Assembly (NCBI GenBank): GCA_950097015.1
Contig: CATNEN010000038.1
Span: 34,038,001 to 34,102,000 of the forward strand
Reading direction: 5' to 3'
Length of the DNA stretch: 64,000 nucleotides
Source of the DNA: Macrostomum hystrix
Lineage: Eukaryota; Animalia; Platyhelminthes
Position 1 is the first letter of the stretch. Each line of letters opens with the position of its first letter. Shown piece by piece: positions 37,238 to 48,900 of the stretch. Under the pieces are notes generated by a model. That model was not told where the DNA came from. It ran no database searches and was given only the letters and a program-made list of their open reading frames with translations. A program made the position numbers and the translations under genes.

Positions 37238-40200
37238 TCAAGCGGTGACGTCGATATCCAGATTACCAGAGACGGAGCTGACACTGAAACCATGGACAGC
37301 ATTTTGATTATTTCCACTTTTACCATCATGAGAAGTCGAAGCTCTTCCGGTCAGGGGTTTAATCCCCAGCCAGACTAGAAACTCAATGAGTTCCACCATC
37401 GTGATGATGCTGGCACCCATCCATAGACCTGTCGGGATTGGAAGTCACTAGATATTGTTTCCGAATTTTACCATAGACAGTGAATAAAATAGTGCTTGAT
37501 TAAACTCGCATGCAGTAAGTTCTGGATATTATTCACTGGCTTTTCCCCCAGTAAAAGTCCTCATTTAACAGTGCACTTTCTAGAGAATCTTTCTAATATT
37601 TGCCTTCCTCATAATTTGAGTGCTTGCGAACGATCTGTGCGAGTGTTTGCTGAACTGCCGATGTGCTCAAATTGATCGATGACCCAAGGTCAGCTCAGAG
37701 ACTGCACTCAGAATAGAAGTCGAGTGTTCGGCATTGTGAGGCTGAATATTTTAGTCTAGAATGGCGCCCGTAGTTACCTTGGATTCGAGTTTAAACGATC
37801 TTGACTGCATAAAGGCTTCGATTAAAAAGCTGGATTACTGTGGGCACATCGTTTGGTAACCCAATAATAATGATAAGTAATATTTGCAGGAGGGCTGCGG
37901 GCAAGGCCACATCAATTGGTGACACTAGACCCGCAGCCAGCGAGGAGGCAATTCTGCACATCTCGCTGACTCCTTAGTACACACGCACACAGATACTGTA
38001 CGGAGGCACACACTCACACACGAGTGTACATCTCAAGGGCGTACATTGCACGACAAGGCCCCAAGCCTTCTCTCCGCGGCTGCGCCCCAAATGAATGTGG
38101 CCTCGCCGCGGAATCGAACTCAGGGACCTTGGTGCAAAATCTGGCAAATGAATTAACCACTCTGCCACACATAAACTGTACACTGTACACGATAGTCCAC
38201 AACAGCTTCAGCTAACAAAACGATCTTCTTTCAGACAAAGAAGAAAGACAAAGTTGCACATCCGCAGCTAAAACTGCCCAGTCCATGGACTGTGGTGCCG
38301 CCACAACCAGTATGATTTCTTCCCCAGCAAATGCTGGAACTAACTTCAGAACTCAACTCGTTGATCGAACGTGGTTTCCTGTTTTCCTTAAAAATAAATA
38401 TCATGGATTAACAGTAGGACTGCCAAGCCATTTTTCGTCAGTTTTTGTACCAAAGGGAGGATTGCCCCGCCCCTGAAAATGTTTTTGGCAGCGCATGAAT
38501 GCTAACAGCGTTGGTTGGTGACTGATCGGTGACTTTATCTCACCGACCGTCGAGATAAAGGTGGTCGATCACCAAAGACGGAGATGATGCAGGCACATTC
38601 GGTTGACATGCTGATAAATTTCGAATGCCTGGCAAGGCCGCACTGAGGCGCAGTGCTAACTCAGGTACAGGGGTGTCTGAAATACACTAGCTTTTATTGG
38701 TAAACTCAGAACTTCGATTTCTCAGAACAAAACTTGATTCTTGTTTCAGAAAAATTTGACCCCTGTTCTTGAGTTTTGTGTGCTATGGGAAAATTACCCC
38801 CTTGGTAGTTCTCTGCTAATCATAATTGAAACAAGAACCCGTCGGAAGTTATCGAGAATGTGAAGTATTCCCCTTTGAAATTATAAGAAATTTCTTGAGT
38901 TTTCAAAGGGCGCCAAAGGGTGGGCCGTGCAGCCTCTAAAGAGCATGCAGCGATTGAGCAGCTGGCGATGGGGTCTTGTAAAAAACAATCTGAGAGCTCA
39001 CCTAGGATGCCGCCTAGGTCGGACAGCAGGTTTCGCAGCGGGTAGACCCAGTCCTCGCGGCTGTACAGCGAGCTGCTCCCGGCTCCGCGGAGCTCCAACA
39101 GGGCGAAGTAGCGAAACTTTGTGCCCACGGGTCGATTCTTGGCCTCCAGCAGGCTGCCGAGCAGACCTAGGCCGGACTCCGCTGCCCGACTCATCGCCCG
39201 ATTGATGTACAAATCGATGGAGCTGTTGGTGGCGTTCAGGGAATAATCGCTGGACTCGTTCGGCGGCCAGCGGGTGGAGGCTAGGCTCGTCTGAGTGGTG
39301 GAAATGCGGAGTTGCGATTATCTTTAATTAGTCTAACTAATTAGTCTAATTAGTCTAATTATGTCATTATGTGAGAGTGTAACTAACACTGCTATAGGGG
39401 AGTCGGTGGCGCTAACGCGTTTGCCTCTCGCACCACGGTCCTCATTTTTTGTGAAAAAAGTGACAAATTTCCGTTTCCAATTTCAGCCTCCTAAACGTTT
39501 TCTAAGAAACGTAGTTTCGCGTCCATCTACTCCTCGTGGTCCTTGTTACCTCCTCGTTAGCTGAAGGTCCACAGTCACTGTATGGCAGTCCCCACAGCGA
39601 TACTGCAAGTTAGTAGGTTTTTTTGTTATTAACCTGAAATTCAACTCGAGTGCAGAGGCGCTGACAGTTGGAGCCATCGGAGACGCTTTGTTGAATTTGG
39701 CGACGTCGCACGGCGTCGAAGCAGAGGGACGCGTGCTTCAACGGCTGCCAGATGGCCCAGTGGGCGCGGTAGAATGTCTCGAAGTCGATCTCGGAGGTCA
39801 AATTGATCACGGTCATATTGTTCACAATTGATGGCTCTGTTGGCGTGGGCTTGACGTCGACAAAGAAGGCCGGCTCCCACATGGCGTGGCACGGCTGCGC
39901 GGAGGGTCCAAGCAGGTCCGCCGGAACTAGCAGGTGGTCAGCCAGACAGCCGCAGTTGTTCAGGAAATCCAACTGGCGCTGCCTGATCAGGCAGTCTCGC
40001 TGGCCGGCAATAAAGGTCTGCTCCAAAGCGGAGCGGCCGGAGCCCTCGGCGTAGTTCACGTGACCCAGGCTATCTGTACAGCGGTAGGCGCTGCGGTCGA
40101 GCTTGGTCTCTACGCTGCGGGTCACCTTGGCGCTGACTCTCTGAGTCAGGGGTACATTGAAGCTGGTCGCCATGTCCGGCGTGGTACCTGTCAAATGATG

Positions 40201-42744
40201 GGTACATCTGACTTCTGCTTCATGGAGACCAATGGGGGCTCATTCAATGGGGACTCATCAGTTGGATATGACAGTGGACCCGAAGCCAGTGAGGAGGCCA
40301 TTAAATGCATCTGAGTCCTGAGCACACACGCATACAGATAATATACGCAGGCACACACTTGCACAGGTGTGTACATCTGCCTGACTTTCTGATCAGGCAG
40401 ATTATGCAGATGACTTCACGCCACACAGTGCCATGGCGGTTGACCCAAACGGGCGTAAAGTTCACAAAAAACCCTCCAAGCCATTTTTTTGCAGCTGCGC
40501 CCCAAAGTCTGTGGCGTCACTTCGGAATCGAACTCAGGGACCTTGGTGCGAGAAGCAAATGCGTTATCCGCTTTGCCACTCACCCCCACTAGCACAGTGT
40601 TAAGCGCTTCATGCCTTCTGTCTGAGAGTGTCCTGAATTTCACCTCTTTCGTTTGTTATTTATTGGCACTTAAATTTGTTTTCCTACCCTCTCCTTGCTC
40701 GGCGATTGGTCATGGTATCTTTGTTCTCTTCATCTCTCTCTCTTGTCCAATCGTGTTTTTCACCCCTTCCTCTTCATCTCTTACCCTCTGGCTCGTCCCC
40801 CCAATTCTCTTACCCCCAAACCCCCCTTCTTATCTCGTGTTATTGAAATACTATAAGTGACATTGAATTGCGGTCTTAGAGGTCCTCACACACTTCACAA
40901 GTTTAATGCGGACGAGTCGGTCTTTTACTGCGAATACTATTTAATAAATAAGTAGCAAGCAAATCAAGTAAGGCCCGGACGGATGCCGGTATGTCATTAG
41001 TATGGGTTTGACTGGTCAACAGTTATGATCCTATTTCAGATAAATATTTTTCGTCCAGGAATTGACGAGCTCAAACGACAGATGTAATTAAATTTCTTCT
41101 GATGCGAGTAAATGACGGTTAATGCCTTGAGGCAAAGGAAAAATTATGACTGTCAACTAACCGGTAGGGCTTTTTAAGTCTTTTGATGTCGTTAGTTCCC
41201 AGTTTCATTTTCAGACAGCCTCCTTTTTCTGCAGCTTGTTGCATCAATAATTTTATCTTAAACAGTTAAGCAAGCTCATTGTAAACACGAACAAGCTACA
41301 CAGCAATCCGGGGGTTGTAAGCCCAGTGGTTAGGGCGTCGGACTCATGACTTGAAGGTCGGAAGTTCGATTCCAGACTCAACTGGAAAAATACTGTGTCC
41401 TTTAGCAAGACACTTAACTCTGTGTTGCTTGAGTTCACCCAGCTGTTAGATGGGTGCCAGCATCAGCAGCTGGTAACAGACAGGGCAATTTTACCTGGAG
41501 AAGCCGAATACCCAAACCGAATGATCGATTTTCGTGAAAGTCCACCATATGGATCAAAACATTCCAGGAGGGCTGCAGGCAATGGCACATCATTTGGTGA
41601 CACTAGACCCGCAGTCAGCGAGGAGGAAATTCTGCCCATTTCGCTGACACAGATACTTTACGCAGGCACACGCTCACACAGGCGTGTACATCTGCCCTGA
41701 CTTTATCATCGTCAGGCAGTGTACTCTTCACTGTGGCTTGGAGGTTGGCCCTCAAGGGCGCGTCAATTGCGTCAATTGCACGTCAAGCCCTCAAGACTTC
41801 TCTCCGCAGCTGCGCCCCAAATAAATGTGGCCTCGCCGTGGAATCGAACTTAGGGACCGTGGTGCGAGAGGCAAACGCGATAACTGCTCTGACACCGACC
41901 CCCCTTACTCGTAAGTATCATTTATCGATTTGAAAGCTTCAAAGCCAATTTTCTAAGCTTCCGACAGCTCGAAAAAGGCTTCTCCAGGGTAGAAAAGCCT
42001 AATACTCTCACCAGGCTCATGAAGGCTGACGGAGAAACCCGGAATGTGGTTGATCTCCTCCTCCTCGGTCAGGAAACTGTTTGCATTTGAGTAGAGCAAC
42101 AGGAAGAGGCCTCTGCCCTCCTCCGTCTGAGCGGCAGCGCTGCGGTCGCTCGGCGTGAAAGTGAAACAGAGGAAGCGCGCGGGGTCGCGAAACTCGACGA
42201 ACTCGCGCTGGAAGTCGCATTCGCGCGAGTTGAAGGTGCAAGCGACCACGGTGTCGCGCAGAGTCTGGAACTGCTGCGAGCGGTACGCGACCTGCTTTAG
42301 GCTGAACATGCCGTCATCGTAGGAACTGTACGGATAGTACGGGATCACAGGCTTGGACTCGTTCGATTTGATCCGGAACCAGATGCGAGCCAAGTCGTAA
42401 GTCATATCATAAACTGATCGATTGCTGCCGTACTGGTTTGGAATAGGCGAGTTCGCGTAGTAGTAGTGAATGTAATCGTTGGGGCACAATGTCACCGACG
42501 GGAACTTGAAGTCGTCTAGACCTTCGAAGACCTCCGTGTTGACCGGGAATTCTAGATAGCGAGTCAGCAGCTGGCCCAAATGAACAAAGAAGCCGACAAA
42601 TGTGCCGATGACAAACAGGAACCAGACGGCCCGATAGAGAAGGGGGCCGTCACCCAGTCGACGTACCCCGTGAATTGTTGTTTCCTTGGAGAATGACTTG
42701 CTAATCTCAGCCCTGGAAGAGCCTTTGAAGCTGAGAAAATGCAT
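37238..42744 (-). CDS. DEG/ENaC (amiloride-sensitive) sodium channel subunit (~588 aa; start uncertain)
   Basis: Exons 42744-42012, 40187-39634, 39290-39002 and 37428-37238 are phase-consistent. TTIHG, TM1, FPSVTLC, CFTF, Cys-rich thumb, WP, and TM2 LLSDLGGILGLWMGAS. An acceptor at 42731 may mean a further upstream exon. Confidence 0.92.
37863..38168 (-). mobile_element. SINE family B (internally deleted)
   Basis: Homologous to 24591-24953 but lacking ~70 bp of the middle. Confidence 0.88.
38257..38345 (-). mobile_element. SINE family A fragment
   Basis: CCGCAGCTA...CAGTCCATGGACTGTGG..GCCACA shared with the other copies. Confidence 0.6.
38658..38774. mobile_element. Small inverted-repeat element (MITE-like)
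   Basis: AACTCAGGTACAGGGG ... CCCCTGTTCTTGAGTT imperfect TIRs. Confidence 0.4.
39397..39545. mobile_element. SINE-B head fused to a solo TIR of the P-like family
   Basis: 39397-39443 matches the SINE B head; 39444-39545 is similar to 58390-58502 and ends GTGGTCCTTG. Confidence 0.7.
40200..40587 (-). mobile_element. SINE family B variant with a different 3' tail
   Basis: Head and body homologous to 24690-24953; tail diverges and contains ATCCAACTGATGAGTCCC on the minus strand. Confidence 0.8.
41310..41470 (+). mobile_element. SINE family A 5' half
   Basis: GGGGTTGTAAGCCCAGTGG...GTTCGATTCC head, then GTGTCCTTTAGCAAGACACTTAAC and CACCCAGCTG. Confidence 0.85.
41561..41904 (-). mobile_element. 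SINE family B
   Basis: Homologous to 24591-24953. Confidence 0.88.
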
Positions 42745-43197
42745 TTTAGAAGTCTTAGAAGACACAATTGAACAGTGCGTGTATGAGCAAAGCGTCGACA
42801 AAAATTTTCGAAGTACAGGTATTTATGTGATTGATTCTTTTTAGTCGCGCTGGTCAAGCAATGTGATTGGCTGCACGAAATTGAACTATGTATATACTAA
42901 GAAAACGAAGAATTTTCTGCATGCTTAACTAATTAGATAATCCACTGCATATGGTGCTGGAGGCCTCAGCTGCGACCAGAAATCCACAAGGACCGCTTTA
43001 AGATAAGGAAAAACCTTTTAGTAGGCAAGATAATTTTTTTGTATGATTACAAGAGAATATATCACAGTAAGAGGATCTTTACTCAGTATATTTAGTTAAG
43101 CTCGAATGTTTTATGATATGTTGTTGTTACAGGGCCTTTCGGCTAGGCGGGAGAAGATAAATAAATGCTGGCATCCACTTTAAAAATGATTAGAAAG

Positions 43198-43850
43198 ATT
43201 GGAACCTGAAGGACTTGGGCTCGAGCCCTGAAGGAGTCGAAAGACAGGATCCTGAAGGACTTGTAATCGAGCACTGATCAAGGATTTTGAATCGAGCCCC
43301 GAAGGACTTGGAATCGAGGCCTGAAGGAATCGACAGACAGGATCCTGACATACTTAGTTAGGATCGAGCCCTGAAGGAGTCGAAAGACAGGATTCTGAAG
43401 GACTTGGAATCGAGCACTGAAGGACTTAGAATCGAGGCCTGAAGGAGTCGAAAGACAGGATTCTGAAGGACTTGTAATCGAGCACTGAAGGATTTTGAAT
43501 CGAGCCCCGAAGGACTTAGAATCGAGGCCTGAAGGACTTGGAATCGAGCCCTGAAGGACTTGGAATCGAGGCCTGAAGGAATCCACAGACAGGATCCTGA
43601 CATACTTAGTTAGGATCGAGCCCTGAAGGAGTCGAAAGACAGGATCCTGACATACTTAGTTAGGATCGAGCCCTGAAGGAGTCGAAAGACAGGATTCTGA
43701 AGGACTTGGAATCGAGCGCTGAAGAACTTGGAATCGAGCGCTAAAGGACTTGGAATCGAGCGCTGAAGAACTTGGAATCGAGCGCTAAAGGACTTGAAAT
43801 TGAGCGCTAAAGGAGTCGAAAGACAGGATTATGAAGAACTTGGAATCAGG
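43198..43850. repeat. Composite 21-25-bp minisatellite
   Basis: Interspersed CTGAAGGACTTGGAATCGAGC and CTGAAGGAGTCGAAAGACAGGAT units. Confidence 0.93.
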
Positions 43851-45076
43851 CACTGGGCATTTTGTTGCAGTGGATTTATTTATTTTCTTGAATTCTTTAA
43901 ACAATTAAACAGCCAGTAGGCCCTCGTAAAGCAATTGTTGTCAAAAACTGCGGACGCTGGTTCTTTCCATTGGCTAGAATTTAACTGATCATAGCCATAG
44001 ACAAAAATCTCGCACACACAGCTACAGATTAATAATTTGATAGGAGTTTGTAGTCTATGGTAGAAACCAGAAGCCAGTAGGTTGCATTAAAACTACAATG
44101 GTTCTACGAGTAGTTATCACTAAAATAGTATTTAAGTGTCTGCATCGGGCGGAATTACACTACTTTAAGTAGCTCGAATAGCACGGGCATAACAGTATGC
44201 AATATGATAAATAACTATCAGACAAAAAACTATATTTTTATGTTTGAACAATGCCGCTGCTCCAATGACGAAAAACTCATTTTAGATCGATTTATATATT
44301 TTTCGGATTTTCAGAAACCGTTTGAAACTTAAGGATGCGAATAAATATGTGTTTATATTTTATTAAACATAATGAAACACGACAGCCTACATTTTCATTT
44401 TTAATAAATCCTGACTATTTAACGGACCAAAATAAGAAAAATGAAATGAAACATAAATAGGACAAAAAAAATAATAACGATTTTAAAGGCAAAAAAACAA
44501 AAACCCACCATTTAGATTACCTTAACTTCCACATGCGTTTTAGCATAACCCTACTACTCCCTAAAAAGTTTCATAAGACATTTCGAAAATTGAAATCACA
44601 CAGGAAAAAATAATTTGTATAAATTTTACAAAATTTCTAGTAGAAGGATCCGATTATTCAATTGAAAAATGGATTAGCGACAATGCTACCTTTTATTAAA
44701 TACGAGTCGCTAGCAACCGACAAGAATAAGCGCGTGAGATGGGGACCAAAGGCGAGGTACAAAAACGGACAAATGGACCTATTAAATGGTGCATTTAATA
44801 GCTCACTTCGTTAAATATAGTAAAATGCCACACTTACTACTCACTAGACAACAGCTAGTAACACAAAACTATAAAAATTCACATTTTTTATGAAGAAAAG
44901 TGCTCTAAGTAGTGAAAAGGCTTCTATAATCAGTAAAAAATAACGTTAAATAACACTTTCTCATTAGCAGTCACTGACACAGGAGAAAAAGCAATTGCTA
45001 ATACACTAAAAGCTAACAAATCATTTCTAAACCTTACAGAAACAGTCCAGGAGCTCTGCAAAACTTCAAAACTATC

Positions 45077-45406
45077 AGCTGACACACTGAAGTCACAGTG
45101 GGCTAACAGCTGACACACTGAAGTCACGGGGAGTTAACAGCTGACACACTGAAGTCACGGGCAGTTAACAGCTGACACACTGAAGTCACGGGGAGTTAAC
45201 AGCTGACACACTGAAGTCACGGGGAGTTAACAGCTGACACACTGAAGTCACGGGCAGTTAACAGCTGACACACTGAAGTCACGGGGAGTTAACAGCTGAC
45301 ACACTGAAGTCACGGGCAGTTAACAGCCGACACACTGAAGTCACGGGCAGTTAACAGCTGACACACTGAAGTCACGGGGAGTTAACAGCTGACACACTGA
45401 AGTCAC
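45077..45406. repeat. Minisatellite, 31-bp unit
   Basis: About 10.5 copies of CAGCTGACACACTGAAGTCACGGG(G/C)AGTTAA. Confidence 0.96.
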
Positions 45407-45938
45407 TGTCAAACTTCCATATTTTACCTAAAATAAATTAGCAATTGAAATATGCTATTTTGATGAATTTCTGTGGTGACTCGCAATTTGAAACTGTACT
45501 TTACAGCCAAGTGGTAGAATAGGCAAATTTACGACGTAGACAAATTAAATAGGAAACAAAATTAAGAGGAAATGATAGAAGACATGAACACAATAATCTG
45601 TCAGTCAATCAATAAATAACAGACTTGAATATTGGTAAGCAATAAGTCAATGAAAATTAGATTAGCCGAATGTGCAGCAAGCTGATTGTGGCGAAAATTA
45701 ATTGGGATATGCACAGAGAAATATTCAAGTAAACAAGAAACTAGTTCAGTAAATAGTGGTTTTGTTTGGTTACGTTCAACAGAAATTAGCAAACATATTG
45801 TTATTGATTTTTAAATACAACTGTCATTAGAATCAGGCGGGAAATATAATTACAAATCCAGGACATAGGAGGCTTAAATATGATTATTAATAATTCTAGA
45901 TTATAGCTCGCGATTATAGCTCGCTCTCCGGTGTGAGC

Positions 45939-48900
45939 TCAGATGCTGCATTTCTTCACCTTGGCCGATGGACCGGAGGCGTCACACGAGGTTGACAGTC
46001 GGTGCTTGCGTTTCAACACCTGCCGCATGAGTTCAACGCTGGTGTCTGGACAGTCGCGAGTGAACTCTAACCAATCAGGCGAGGCCAGGATGCCGTCCGG
46101 GCAGTCGCGAACGCACCTGATGCAAGCGGCTTTCAGGTGTTCGCAATCGTACAGCCAGGCTAGGCGAACGCAGCTGACTAGGTTGTCAGGAGTCAGCGAA
46201 GATGACAGCCGACGGGAGCAAAGGTCGATTAGGGACTTCACCTGGGTGCAGGGTAATGGTTAGCGTAAGATACTTAGGTAGCTATGGGATTGATTGACAG
46301 GCATTGGTGGCTATGAGATTGATTGACAGGCATTGGTAGCTATGGGATTGATTGACAGGCATTGGTAGCTATGGGATTGATTGACAGGCATTGGTAGCTA
46401 TGGGATTGATTGACAGGGATTGGTAGCTATGGGATTGATTGACAGGCATTGGTAGCTATGGGATTGATTGACAGGCATTGGTAGCTATGGGATTGATTGA
46501 CAGGGATTGGTAGCTATGAGATTGATTGACAGGCATTGGTAGTAATGGGATTGATTGACAGGCATTGGTAGCTATGAGATTGATTAACAGGCATTGGTGG
46601 CTATGAGATTGATTGACAGGCATTGGTAGTAATGGGATTGATTGACAGGGATTGGTAGCTATGAGATTGATTGACAGGCATTGGTAGTAATGGGATTGAT
46701 TGACAGGCATTGGTAGCTATGAGATTGATTAACAGGCATTGGTGGCTATGAGATTGATTGACAGGCATTGGTAGCTATGGGATTGATTGACAGGCATTGG
46801 TAGCTATGGGATTGATTAAAAGGCATTGGTAGCTATGGGATTGATTGACAGGCATTGGTAGCTATGGGATTGATTGACAGGGATTGGTAGCTATGAGATT
46901 GATTGACAGGCATTGGTAGTAATGGGATTGATTGACAGGCATTGGTAGCTATGAGATTGATTAACAGGCATTGGTGGCTATGAGATTGATTGACAGGCAT
47001 TGGTAGCTATGGGATTGATTGACAGGCATTGGTAGCTATGGGATTGATTGACAGGCATTGGTAGCTATGGGATTGATTGACAGGCATTGGTAGCTATGGG
47101 ATTGATTGACAGGCATTGGTAGCTATGGGATTGATTGACAGGCATTGGTAGCTATGGGATTTATTGACAGGCATTGGTAGCTATAGGGTTTATTGACAGG
47201 CATTGGTAGCTATGGGATTTATTGACAGGCATTGGTAGCTATTGGATTGATTGACAGGCATTGGTAGCTATGGGATTTATTGACAGGGATTGGTAGCTAT
47301 GAGATTGATTGACAGGCATTGGTAGTAATGGGATTGATTGACAGGCATTGGTAGCTATGAGATTGATTAACAGGCATTGGTGGCTATGAGATTGATTGAC
47401 AGGCATTGGTAGCTATGGGATTGATTGACAGGCATTGGTAGCTATGGGATTGATTGACAGGCATTGGTAGCTATGGGATTGATTGACAGGCATTGGTAGC
47501 TATGGGATTGATTGACAGGCATTGGTAGCTATGGGGTTGATTGACAGGCATTGGTAGCTATGGGATTTATTGACAGGCATTGGTAGCTATAGGGTTTATC
47601 GACAGGCATTGGTAGCTATGGGATTTATTGACAGACATTGGTAGCTATTGGATTGATTGACAGGCATTGGTAGCTATGGGATTTATTGACAGGCATTGGT
47701 AGCTATGGGATTGATTGACAGGCATTGGTAGCTATGGGATTTATTGACAGGCATTGGTAGCTATGGGATTGATTGACAGGCATTGGTAGCTATTGGATTG
47801 ATTGACAGGCATTGGTAGCTATGGGATTTATTGACAGGCATTGGTAGCTATGGGATTGATTGACAGGCATTGGTAGCTATGGGATTTATTGACAGGCATT
47901 GGTAGCTATAGGGTTTATTGACAGGCATTGGTAGCTATAGGATTGATTGACAGGCATTGGTAGCAATAGGGTTGATTGACAGGCATTGGTAGCTATGGGA
48001 TTGATTAACAGGCATTGGTAGCTATGGGATTGATTGACAGGCATTGGTGGCTATGAGATTGATTGACAGGCATTGGTAGCTAAGGGATTGATTAACAGGC
48101 ATTGGTAGCTATGGGATTGATTGACAGGCATTGGTGGCTATGAGATTGATTGACAGGCATTGGTGGCTATGAGATTGATTGACAGGCATTGGTAGCTATG
48201 GGATTGATTGACAGGCATTGGTAGCTATGGGATTGATTGACAGGCATTGGTAGCTATGGGGTTGATTGACAGGCATTGGTAGCTATGGGGTTGATTGACA
48301 GGTATTAGTAGCTATTGGGGTTGATTGACACATTGTTGGCCACAGGATCAAGAGAAAGATGTCTAATTGACATATTCGTGAAGGGTAACTGACTGATGGA
48401 TTTGTGATAGTTGACTGAGTGAGCTGAGACTAACCATACCTGGTACAGGTGGGCCATTTTAAGCAACTCCAACGCTCGCTCCTGCAACTCGTAGCCGCTG
48501 ATACGTCCGCCGTACAAATAGACAAAGAACAATCTGATAGTCTCAGGTGAGAACGTGTCGATGGCAATCTCGGACATAGCGGACTCCTTGCATGAGTTGG
48601 AGATCATAGCCGCGAATACCTCGCTTCGGACGCACAGTACGCATTTGTGCACATGCAGTATGGCATTATCGGGCCCTAAGATGCGCAGATCGGAGAATGC
48701 CCCATCGGTTAATAGGCCGCTAAAATCGCATGCCTCCATCTGGTAGAAGATTAGATCACCATCTGGACCGTCGACAAGAGGGCTGCACGGCCTGGCGCCG
48801 GGGAAATGCGCCAACGTGTGCGGCTGCTGGCAGCCCTGGCATTGTCGGCCGGCGACAGTGGCAACGTCCGACAGTGTTTCCTCTATGGAGAATTCTACCT

